Shown in pieces: positions 18,211-26,285 of a DNA stretch of 46,648 bases; position 1 is the first letter of the stretch; each line of letters begins with the position of its first letter. This DNA comes from Candidatus Eiseniibacteriota bacterium (GTDB lineage: Bacteria > Eisenbacteria > RBG-16-71-46), in NCBI GenBank assembly GCA_038231135.1, contig JBBRLX010000034.1, positions 1-46,648 of the forward strand. The letters are read 5' to 3'. The notes below the pieces were generated by a model. The model searched no databases. It saw nothing but the letters and a program-made list of their open reading frames with translations, and was not told the DNA's origin. A program made the position numbers and the translations under genes.

Positions 18211-19305
18211 TCAGTACGCATGAGCCGGGTGGTATCCGATGGTGTAGCTCAGTTGAAGCGCGAGACGGTCGTCGGTCGGGTGGACGCCGGCGTCGGCCTT
18301 CGCGTGGCTGTACTCGAGCCTCACGAACGAGAACTCCGAGGGCGTCCACGCGAGGTTCACGGAACCCCGGGTCACCTTGCCGGCAATCGGATCGCCCGTG
18401 TCGTCGACCATGAAGTCCGTGAAGCTGTTGCGGGCCTGCTCGCCACGAACGCCCATCCACCAGATCTGCGACAGCCGATACTGGAACGACGCGTAGCCAC
18501 CGTCCTGCTCCCGCTGATAGGTCCCGCCCGCGGTCGAGCCCTTCTGGAGGTATTCGCTCTGCAGGATCCACCCGCGGCTGTTCGAGGCTCTCGCCGGCAC
18601 GTTGCGGATCGTCACGTCGGCGCCATACGCGTCGTGGCGGTTGCCGTCCTCACCACGTCCCTGCAGGATGGACTGGCCGATTTCCAGCGTCGTCGCGTCG
18701 TTCAGGTCGAACTGATTCTTCCAATGGCCCAGGTAAGGGACGTTGTCGTGCCGGTTGGAGCCGAGATCCAGCGGATGATCCCCATCGACGCGGGTTGCCT
18801 GATAGGCACCTCCCGTCACCTCGGAGAACCACGGCAACGGAGTGAGCCACGCGGCCTCCACGCCGGCGTCCTTGAAACCCTCCTCGCCGATGGTGTTGGC
18901 CATGACGATCGGAGCCTGGATGAACGGAAACGCGTGTGTATGGAGCAGGCCGTGCTTGCCGAACGTGCCGCGGATCTTCCCCAGCTTGAGCTGAATGCCG
19001 GGGATGCTGGTGCTGCGGACCCAGGCCTCCTCCGGGTCCACCGACCCGTCGCTCAGGAACACGATGTTGCTCGTGAACGTCCAGTACGGATCCACGACGG
19101 AGATCAGGCTGATCTCCGCATCGTCGAATCGCAGCCCATAGGGCTGATTCAGATTGTGGGCGGCCAGTCCGGAAAACAGCGCGTTCATCCCGATGGCCGG
19201 GTTTGCCAGGTTCGAGATCAACGATGATGTCTGAGCGATCGCAAATGACGGCGCGCACAGCAGCGCGGCGGACAGGCATGCAAGCGTGAGGAGTCTCATG
19301 CGCAT
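18211..19305 (-). CDS. Putative outer-membrane beta-barrel (metal-uptake porin/receptor-like)
   Basis: Signal peptide; NPAIG, EEAW, FGKHGLLHTHAFPFIQAP, alternating beta-strand pattern, SEFSFVRLEY, C-terminal IGYHPAHAY; upstream of the metal SBP gene. Confidence 0.75.
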   Translation of the reverse strand: MRMRLLTLACLSAALLCAPSFAIAQTSSLISNLANPAIGMNALFSGLAAHNLNQPYGLRFDDAEISLISVVDPYWTFTSNIVFLSDGSVDPEEAWVRSTSIPGIQLKLGKIRGTFGKHGLLHTHAFPFIQAPIVMANTIGEEGFKDAGVEAAWLTPLPWFSEVTGGAYQATRVDGDHPLDLGSNRHDNVPYLGHWKNQFDLNDATTLEIGQSILQGRGEDGNRHDAYGADVTIRNVPARASNSRGWILQSEYLQKGSTAGGTYQREQDGGYASFQYRLSQIWWMGVRGEQARNSFTDFMVDDTGDPIAGKVTRGSVNLAWTPSEFSFVRLEYSHAKADAGVHPTDDRLALQLSYTIGYHPAHAY

Positions 19306-19470
19306 TGGATAACAGCCTCCGGGCCTTGACGGGATGCGGTCTCCCGAACGGCCATGGTCCTATGGTTCGGAGCACCCCGGATGATGCAGGCGCACAGGGA
19401 ACGGCTCGTGCATCGCGATCTCGCGATGTGGAACCGTCAGGGAACCAACCCGCGCGGGGCGCGGGGAATC

Positions 19471-19746
19471 CTAGGAGATAGGAGGGGCCCGGCTGGGCGC
19501 GATGCCCGGAGCGATGCCCGTGGAGACCGCCGAGATCCGCTCGATCACGCGGACCGTCACCGGTCGCGGCGCGGATACGGTGGTGGAGGAGATGCTCACC
19601 GTCGCGGGCGCGTGGCCCGCGGTGCACACGGCGCAGGGACGCGAGTCCGACGGGTCGTGGTGATGAACTCCCACGATCCACATCGTGCAGGTCAGCAGCA
19701 GCGCGGAGAACAGCGCGATGCCGGAGACGCAGCGTTTCAGGCCCAT
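19471..19746 (-). CDS. DUF2946-like leader protein (TM segment, HHHD, CxxC, C-terminal RAPP motif)
   Basis: MGLKRCVSGIALFSALLLTCTMWIVGVHHHDPSDSRPCAVCTAGH...APSRAPPIS; directly upstream of the metal-uptake operon. Confidence 0.8.
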   Translation of the reverse strand: MGLKRCVSGIALFSALLLTCTMWIVGVHHHDPSDSRPCAVCTAGHAPATVSISSTTVSAPRPVTVRVIERISAVSTGIAPGIAPSRAPPIS

Positions 19747-20010
19747 GCGAGCATCCTTCATGTGAGCGAACTCCAGTCTTCAGGAGGCGTAACCAGCATC
19801 GGCGGGGTATGGACGGCAGTCAAGCCCGACGTCGCGAGCGCGGGTCATGCCAATGCAAGAAAACGACCGGTGCGGCGCCAGGCCGGCCCGGCGGGGATGG
19901 CCGATGAGGGTCAGCAGAGCCTGGCCGCGCAATTCGCCCGGCGCGCGGCGCCTCGACTATGCTCGCCCCGGCACATCCGAAAGGCCGCACCGACCCTGGA
20001 GAGAGCGCCA

Positions 20011-20844
20011 ATGCCCGCCAACCTCGTGCTCACGGACGTCCACGACGGCGTCGCGACGCTCACGCTCGACAACCCGACCCGCCTCAACGCGTTCACCGGC
20101 GACATGCGCGCCGCGATGAGCCGGGCGCTGGACGATGTCGCGGCTGACCCCGATGTGCGCGTGCTCGTGATCACCGGCGCCGGCCGCGCGTTCTGCGCCG
20201 GCGGCGACGTGAAGCACATGGCCGGGCTGAAGGAGCGCAACGCCGGATTCGAGGATATGGCGCCGCTGCTCGAGGCCGGCCGCGCCGTGGTGACGCGCAT
20301 CGATGCGCTGCCGTTTCCCACGGTGGCCGCCGTCAACGGTCCGGCCGCGGGCGCCGGCGTGAACCTGGCGCTCGCGTGCGACCTGCGCATCGCGTCGGAC
20401 CAGGCCAGCTTCGGCGAGACGTTCGCGCGCGTCGGCCTGCACATCGACTGGGGCGGTTCGTATTTCCTGCCGCGCGCGGTCGGCCTCGCGAAGGCGCTCG
20501 AGCTATGCTGGCTCGCGGACGTGATCGACGCGGCGGAGGCGCTGCGCATCGGGCTCGTGAACCGCGTGGTGCCGCACGCGGAGTTCGCCGCCGCGGTGAC
20601 GGCGCTGGCGGGACGGCTCGCCGCGGCGCCGCGGGCGAGCGTCGAGCTGACGAAGCGCACGCTGCGCGCCGGGTGGCAAGCCACGCTGCCCGCCGCGATC
20701 GATGCCGAGTTCGAGGCGCAGGCCGCGTGCTGGGATTCGCCCGACTCGGCCGAGGGGATCCGCGCGTTCGTCGAGAAGCGCGCGGCCGTGTTCGGAGCCC
20801 GCGCTGCGACGAGGGCGCCCGTGCGCGCGGGGACGTTCGAGTGA
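20011..20844 (+). CDS. Enoyl-CoA hydratase/isomerase (PaaG-like crotonase)
   Basis: GRAFCAGGD, AAVNGPAAGAGVNLALACD, FARVGLHIDWGGSY, EGIRAFVEKR. Confidence 0.92.
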   Translation: MPANLVLTDVHDGVATLTLDNPTRLNAFTGDMRAAMSRALDDVAADPDVRVLVITGAGRAFCAGGDVKHMAGLKERNAGFEDMAPLLEAGRAVVTRIDALPFPTVAAVNGPAAGAGVNLALACDLRIASDQASFGETFARVGLHIDWGGSYFLPRAVGLAKALELCWLADVIDAAEALRIGLVNRVVPHAEFAAAVTALAGRLAAAPRASVELTKRTLRAGWQATLPAAIDAEFEAQAACWDSPDSAEGIRAFVEKRAAVFGARAATRAPVRAGTFE

Positions 20845-21617
20845 TCGCGAACGAGCGACGCGCGGCGGCCGGATGCCCCGGCGACGCTCGACGGCCGGCG
20901 TTCGGGCGCCTTGCCGTGGCGAGCGTGGTGATCGCGGTCGTCGCAGGCGCTTCGTTTGGATACGCGCGGGCGGCCGGCCCGCGGCTCGCGTCGTCGCCTG
21001 GTTTCCAGCATGCATCGCCCCGACGCCTCGCGCCGCGGCCGGCTCCCCGGATCGCGCAGTCGCCCGGCCGGCTGATCGACGCGTACCTGCCCACGGCCCA
21101 TCTGCGCGAGTTCCACACCGAGCGCATCCACGCCTCGCCAGGCCGGGTGTTCGCCGCGGTGCACGCGGTGTCGCCTTCGGAAGTGCGCGGCCTGGTGCCG
21201 CTGATGTGGATGAATGCGCCCAGCTTCGATCTGTCGGGGCGCTCGCAGGCGCAGATGCGGCGCCCGCTGCTCGAGGTCATGGCGCGCGACAACTTCGTGG
21301 TGCTCGGCGAATGGCCGGCCGACGAGTTGGTGGTCGGCACGATCGGCCAGTTCTGGGGCCACCGCTCCGTCAGGTTCCGCGACGGCGGCCAGTTCCGGTC
21401 GTTCCGCGACCCGCGCTACGCCAAGGTCGCGATGAACGTGCACGTCCGCAACGACGGCGACGGCTGGTCGAGCGTCACCACCGAGACGCGCGTCGCGGTG
21501 GCCGACCCCGAGGCGCGGCGGAAGTTCGACGACTACTGGCGGTGGATCCAGCCGACGGGCACGCTGATTCGCGCGCAATGGATCGACGCCGTGCGCCGCC
21601 GCGCGGAGCGGCCATGA
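20841..21617 (+). CDS. Hypothetical protein, possibly DUF2867-like
   Basis: GTG overlaps the upstream TGA; N-terminal TM; LIDAYLP..H.REFH, ELVVGTIGQFW, TETRV...ARRKF..YW..I. Confidence 0.7.
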   Translation: MIANERRAAAGCPGDARRPAFGRLAVASVVIAVVAGASFGYARAAGPRLASSPGFQHASPRRLAPRPAPRIAQSPGRLIDAYLPTAHLREFHTERIHASPGRVFAAVHAVSPSEVRGLVPLMWMNAPSFDLSGRSQAQMRRPLLEVMARDNFVVLGEWPADELVVGTIGQFWGHRSVRFRDGGQFRSFRDPRYAKVAMNVHVRNDGDGWSSVTTETRVAVADPEARRKFDDYWRWIQPTGTLIRAQWIDAVRRRAERP

Positions 21618-21709
21618 CGGCGGACGCCGCTGGATCCAAGCCGGCGGACGCCGCTGCCGCAAAATCGGCGGCAGTCACTGGATCCAAGTCGGACGCCCCG
21701 CCCGGGTGA
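21614..21709 (+). repeat. Three 24-bp tandem repeat units (21618-21689) forming a 31-codon mini-ORF that overlaps both neighbours
   Basis: CGGCGGACGCCGCTGGATCCAAGC / CGGCGGACGCCGCTGCCGCAAAAT / CGGCGGCAGTCACTGGATCCAAGT; ATGA overlap at 21614 and GTGA overlap at 21706. Confidence 0.6.
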
Positions 21710-22665
21710 AATACACCGGAGAGCTGGCCGCGCTGGGTACGGCGACGTTCTTCGCCATCGGCACCAACCTGTTCACCGGCGCCGCGCGGCGGATGGGCAG
21801 CGTGGTGCTCAACCGGCTGCGCACCGCGATCGGGCTCGTCCTGCTGTCGACGACGCTGTGGCTGGTGCACGGAGCCCCATGGCCGGTGTGGGCGACGCCG
21901 GCGCAGGTCACGCTGCTTGCGCTCAGCGGGCTCGTCGGGTTCGCGTTCGGCGACGGGTGGGGTTTTCGCTCCATGGTGGTCCTCGGCGCCGGCCGTGCCG
22001 CGCTGCTGTCGTCGACCGCGCCGCTGTTCACGGTGGCGATCGCGTGGCCGGTGCTGGGCGAGCGCCCGGGGCCGCTCACGCTGCTCGGCATGGCGCTGAC
22101 GCTCGGCGGCATCGCGATCGTGCTGAGCCAGCGCGATCGCGTGTCGGGGGCGGACGCGCCGGCGCCGCCGAATCCGCCGGATCCGGCCCTCGCGGCTGCG
22201 CCCGCGCGCGTGGGTCACGGAGAAGGCTCCGTGATCATGGGGATCGTGGCCGGGTTGCTTGCGGGTCTCGGTCAGGCCGGGGGCTCGGTGCTGTCGAAGC
22301 TCGCGCTGCGCACCGGCATCGACGCGCTGTCGGCCACGGTGATCCGGCTGGGCGCGGCAGTCATCGCGATCTGGGGAATGGCGTTCCTGGCGCGCGACGT
22401 GCGGCGCTCGCTCGCGCCGCTCGCGGACCGCCGCACCACGGCATTGATCACCGGTGGCTCGGCCTGCGGTCCGCTGCTTGGCGTGACGTTGTCGCTGGTC
22501 TCGCTGCAGTACATCCCCGCGGGCGTGGCGGCATCGATCACCGCGTTCTATCCGGTGCTCGCGATCCTGATCGCGAGCCGGTTCCACGGCGAGCGGCTCA
22601 CCCCCGCGATCCTGCTGGGCACGCTGATCGCGGTGGCGGGGGTGGTGGTGCTGTTCCTCAGGTGA
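21706..22665 (+). CDS. DMT/EamA family transporter
   Basis: About 10 TM segments in two repeats; PLFT..IAW..LGE and YPVL.....S....GERL motifs. Confidence 0.88.
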   Translation: MKYTGELAALGTATFFAIGTNLFTGAARRMGSVVLNRLRTAIGLVLLSTTLWLVHGAPWPVWATPAQVTLLALSGLVGFAFGDGWGFRSMVVLGAGRAALLSSTAPLFTVAIAWPVLGERPGPLTLLGMALTLGGIAIVLSQRDRVSGADAPAPPNPPDPALAAAPARVGHGEGSVIMGIVAGLLAGLGQAGGSVLSKLALRTGIDALSATVIRLGAAVIAIWGMAFLARDVRRSLAPLADRRTTALITGGSACGPLLGVTLSLVSLQYIPAGVAASITAFYPVLAILIASRFHGERLTPAILLGTLIAVAGVVVLFLR

Positions 22666-22734
22666 TCGGCGGCGACGTGGCTGCCATCCCTCGGCGCCGG
22701 CCCGCGCGGGGTTGCCGTCGCGGCCTCGCCATGG

Positions 22735-23052
22735 CTACAACGTCGTGATCAATTGCTTCAGGCGCTTCATCGCCTCGGTGTCGATGCAGTAACAGACGCG
22801 CGGCGGGTCGATGTCGCCCCGGATCAGCCCCGCGTCCCTCAGTACCTTGAGGTGCTGGGACACCGTGGCCTGCGCCAGCGGCATGCGCTCCACGATGCTG
22901 CCGCACACACACTGGCCGTGTTCCAGCAGGATCCGCAGAATCGCAATCCGGGCCGGGTGGCCCAGCGCCTTCGCAAACGCCGCCAGTTCCAGGTCTTGAG
23001 TCCCCGTGATCGCCGGAATCGGCGTGGCCCACGGTATCGGGGTCGGGCGCAT
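22735..23052 (-). CDS. ArsR/SmtB family metalloregulator
   Basis: AKALGHPARIAIL, CVCG, LAQATVSQHLKVL..AGLI, VCYC; start could alternatively be 23091. Confidence 0.9.
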   Translation of the reverse strand: MRPTPIPWATPIPAITGTQDLELAAFAKALGHPARIAILRILLEHGQCVCGSIVERMPLAQATVSQHLKVLRDAGLIRGDIDPPRVCYCIDTEAMKRLKQLITTL

Positions 23053-23096
23053 CGGGCTGAATTTCACGAGTTCTCCGGGTTGGCGATCCATCGTTA

Positions 23097-23112
23097 ATCG
23101 TAAATATACGAT
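23097..23112. promoter_or_regulatory. Candidate ArsR autoregulatory operator ATCGTA-N4-TACGAT
   Basis: Perfect 6-bp inverted repeat in an AT-rich patch immediately upstream of the ArsR gene. Confidence 0.7.
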
Positions 23113-23262
23113 GAAAAGATTGTGGTGTCGATGCCATTTTTTTCGCCGCCGGGTATCGCTGCGCCCCGAATTCACCGATACTGCAGGTGTCACGAGACGA
23201 GTGGCCCGGCCCGGGCAACGATGCCCGGCGCGCCCCGTCCATGCAGATTTGGAGAATCACGA

Positions 23263-24666
23263 ATGCCGTTCAATCAACTGGGACTTCATCCCCTCATCCT
23301 CAAGGGCGTGCGCGCCGTCGGATATTCCGAGCCCACACCCATTCAGCGTCGCGCCATCCCGGTCGTACTCGAAGGCCGCGACCTGATCGGTGCCGCGCAG
23401 ACCGGCACCGGCAAGACCGCCGCGTTCATCCTGCCGATCCTGTCGAACCTGGTCGACGGGCCGCACCGCCTGCGCTGTCTGGTGCTGACGCCCACGCGCG
23501 AGCTCGCCGCGCAGGTCGCCGCGAACGGCGAGGCCTACGCCCGCTACGCGCGGCTCAAGGTCGCCGCGGTGTTCGGCGGCGTCCCGATCGGCCCGCAGGA
23601 GCGGATGCTGCGCCACGAGGGCGTCGACGTGCTGGTCGCGACCCCCGGCCGGCTGCTCGATCTCAACTCCCGGCAGTCGGTGAGCCTCGACGATGTCGAG
23701 GTGCTGGTGCTCGACGAGGCCGACCGCATGGTCGACATGGGATTCGCGCCCGACATGAAGCGCATCCTGCGGCTGCTGCCCACCAAGCGGCAGACGCTGC
23801 TGTTCTCGGCGACGATGCCGAAGGAGCTCAACGATGTCGCGCGGGACGCCATGGACGATCCGGTGCGCGTGGACCTCGCGCCGCCGTCACGTCCGGCCGC
23901 GGGCATCACGCAGGCCATCTACCCGGTGCCGCGCGCGCTCAAGATCGATCTGCTCGACGAGCTGCTGAGCAGCATCGACATCAGCTGCGTGCTGGTGTTC
24001 ACCCGCACCAAGCGCGGCGCCGACCGCGTGTCGCGCCAGCTCGTCAAGCGCGGGCATCCCACTGCAGCGCTGCACGGCGATCGCTCGCAGGGTCAGCGCG
24101 AGCGGGCGCTGCTCGACCTCAAGCGCGGCCGGGTGAAGATCCTGGTTGCCACCGACATCGCGTCGCGCGGCATCGATGTGCGCGGCATCTCGCACGTGAT
24201 CAACTTCGACGTGCCGCACACGCCCGACGACTACATCCATCGCATCGGACGCACCGGGCGTGTGGATGCGGTGGGCGACGCGTTCACGCTCATGAGTCCC
24301 GAGGAAAAGCCGGACATTGCCGCGATCGAGCGCGCGCTCGGCCGCGCCCTGCCGCGCGTGACGCTGCCCGATTTCAACTACCAGATGCGTCCGTCCGAGC
24401 TGGGGCACGCCGTGCAGGGCGAAGCTCCGGAGCGGCATCGCCAGTCCCGCGGCAACGGTCGCAGCGAGCCGCGCGGACGGCACGGAGCGCCGGCGGGCGG
24501 CGAGAGCCACGCCGCGCGCGGTGGCGAGTCGCGGCCCCGCACGGGAGCGGCCGTGGCCGAGCGCCGGCCGCAGGGCCCCGGCATCCCGGGTGCGGAGTCG
24601 ACGGCGCACGGTCGCGGACCGCGCCGGGCGCAGCCGACGGATCGCCGCGGACGGGGGCGCTGGTAG
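23263..24666 (+). CDS. DEAD-box ATP-dependent RNA helicase (RhlE-like)
   Basis: Q motif PTPIQ, AQTGTGKT, PTRELA, TPGR, DEAD, SAT, HRIGRTGR; Arg/Gly-rich tail; GGAG RBS. Confidence 0.96.
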   Translation: MPFNQLGLHPLILKGVRAVGYSEPTPIQRRAIPVVLEGRDLIGAAQTGTGKTAAFILPILSNLVDGPHRLRCLVLTPTRELAAQVAANGEAYARYARLKVAAVFGGVPIGPQERMLRHEGVDVLVATPGRLLDLNSRQSVSLDDVEVLVLDEADRMVDMGFAPDMKRILRLLPTKRQTLLFSATMPKELNDVARDAMDDPVRVDLAPPSRPAAGITQAIYPVPRALKIDLLDELLSSIDISCVLVFTRTKRGADRVSRQLVKRGHPTAALHGDRSQGQRERALLDLKRGRVKILVATDIASRGIDVRGISHVINFDVPHTPDDYIHRIGRTGRVDAVGDAFTLMSPEEKPDIAAIERALGRALPRVTLPDFNYQMRPSELGHAVQGEAPERHRQSRGNGRSEPRGRHGAPAGGESHAARGGESRPRTGAAVAERRPQGPGIPGAESTAHGRGPRRAQPTDRRGRGRW

Positions 24667-24725
24667 CGGCGGCTCGCCTCGCGACACCACACGGGGGCCG
24701 CTGGTAACGGCGGCCCGCCTCGCGA
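24651..24725. repeat. Imperfect ~34-bp tandem duplication spanning the helicase stop codon
   Basis: ACGGGGGCGCTGGTAGCGGCGGCTCGCCTCGCGA (24651-24684) and ACGGGGGCCGCTGGTAACGGCGGCCCGCCTCGCGA (24691-24725). Confidence 0.7.
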
Positions 24726-25592
24726 TCACCGCATGCGTGCGGTGATCGCGATCAGCGACTCGTGCAGGTGGTTGCGCCAGTAGCCCCAGCCGTGGCCGCC
24801 CGGAAATTCGTGATACGTGTGCGGGACGGCGAGCGCCGTCAGCCTGCGGTCCAGTTCACGATTGCTGCCGAGATCCCCGTCGCCAGTTCCGCAATCGAAG
24901 TAGATCGGCATTCCGGCGAGGTGCGGTACGAGCTCCTCCAGCCGGTCGAGCGGCGAATTCTCCTTCATGATGTGATCGTCCTTGCCGAGCACGCGGGCGT
25001 TCGTGGCGTCGCGATGCACGCGGAAGTAGCCGCTGTGCGAGCCCGCGGCGCCGAACACGTCGGGGTGCTGGAACGCGAGGTTGATCGCGGCGTAGCCGCC
25101 GTCCGACAGCCCCATGATCGCGCGCATCGCGGGCTCCGGGCGGGTGCGGTACATGCTGTCCACCCACGCCGGCAACTCGCGCACGATGAAGTCCGCGACG
25201 CGCATCCGGCCGTTCGCGGAATTCAGGTACAGCGAGCGCCCCAGCATCCCGTTGCCGGCGCCGTCCGGCATCACCGCGATGACCTCGGGGATCCGCTTCG
25301 ACGCGATCAGCGAATCGAGCGTGCGGTCCGCGCGGCCCGAGCCGGGCCAGTTGCCTTCGCTGCCGGGCCAGCCGTGCAGCATGTAGACCACAGGATAGCG
25401 ACGGTTGCCGCTGCCGTAGGACGGGGGCAGGTAGACCCGCACGGCGCGCGTGCGATCGTGGAGCGTGACCGAATCGATGTGCACGCGCACCACCCGGCCG
25501 CGCTCCCCGGCGGATGCGGGGTGCGCGGTCGTGGTGATGGTCAGCGTCAGCAGGAGCCAGCCCGTGAGACGGAGGATGCGCATCGTCTGCAT
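24726..25592 (-). CDS. Secreted alpha/beta-hydrolase, esterase family (Fes/antigen-85-like)
   Basis: VYLPPSY, YPVVYMLHG, GLSDGG nucleophile elbow, DCGTGD, PGGHGWGYW; signal peptide. Confidence 0.9.
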   Translation of the reverse strand: MQTMRILRLTGWLLLTLTITTTAHPASAGERGRVVRVHIDSVTLHDRTRAVRVYLPPSYGSGNRRYPVVYMLHGWPGSEGNWPGSGRADRTLDSLIASKRIPEVIAVMPDGAGNGMLGRSLYLNSANGRMRVADFIVRELPAWVDSMYRTRPEPAMRAIMGLSDGGYAAINLAFQHPDVFGAAGSHSGYFRVHRDATNARVLGKDDHIMKENSPLDRLEELVPHLAGMPIYFDCGTGDGDLGSNRELDRRLTALAVPHTYHEFPGGHGWGYWRNHLHESLIAITARMR

Positions 25593-25684
25593 GTTGACAT
25601 AGGATGCCGGTACCTACCCAGCCGCGCCGGAAATCTGTTCGGCCGCGCCGGCTCGCGGGGACCGAACGAGTGGGGGAGAGTTCC

Positions 25685-26137
25685 ATGCACCGGGTCGTGA
25701 ATCGAGCAGCAGGCATCGCCTGGATCGTCGTCGCGTCGGGCGCCACGATGGTGTCATGCCATGGCGGGAACTCCCGCGCCCACGGCACGCTGTATCAGCG
25801 CCTCGGAGGCGGGCCGGCGATTCACGCGATCATGGACGAGTTCCTCGACATCGTCGCGGCCGACCCCCGGATCAACAAGTTCTTCGTCGACGCCGACCTG
25901 TCGGCGGTGCGGAACGGGCTGGTGAACCTCGTCGGCCAGGCGACCGGCGGTCCCGAGCACTACACCGGCAGGGACATGAAGACCGTTCATTCCGGGATGG
26001 GCATCGCCGGACCGGACTTCGACGCGCTGATCGAGGATCTCGGCAAGTCGCTCGATGCCCACAATGTGGGCAAGCGTGACAAGGCCGAGCTGACGGCGCT
26101 GCTCCAGGGCATGAAGGGCGACATCGTCGAGAAATAG
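25685..26137 (+). CDS. Group 1 truncated hemoglobin with N-terminal signal / possible lipoprotein leader
   Basis: TLYQRLGG, DPRINKFF, GGP..YTGRDMKTVH.GMGI...DF; hydrophobic N-terminus ending MVSC. Confidence 0.88.
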   Translation: MHRVVNRAAGIAWIVVASGATMVSCHGGNSRAHGTLYQRLGGGPAIHAIMDEFLDIVAADPRINKFFVDADLSAVRNGLVNLVGQATGGPEHYTGRDMKTVHSGMGIAGPDFDALIEDLGKSLDAHNVGKRDKAELTALLQGMKGDIVEK

Positions 26138-26145
26138 CCCGGCCG

Positions 26146-26175
26146 TTGACGCTCCTGAATCGGCCCCCCTATAAT
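26146..26175 (+). promoter_or_regulatory. Sigma70-type promoter TTGACG-N18-TATAAT
   Basis: Near-consensus -35 and perfect -10, about 110 bp upstream of the crotonase gene. Confidence 0.7.
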
Positions 26176-26285
26176 GCAACCCCTGAATTCGACTGCGCCC
26201 TTCGCGGCCGGCGTGCGTGTCACTCCGGCTCTGTGCACCGCGCTCCGGGCCCCTGACCACCCACTCCGGACGGAGACCTATCAGG

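Noticed and set aside
19845..19860. TCATGC-N4-GCAAGA as a Zur/Fur-type box for the metal operon
   Set aside because: Only weakly palindromic and not a convincing match to known boxes
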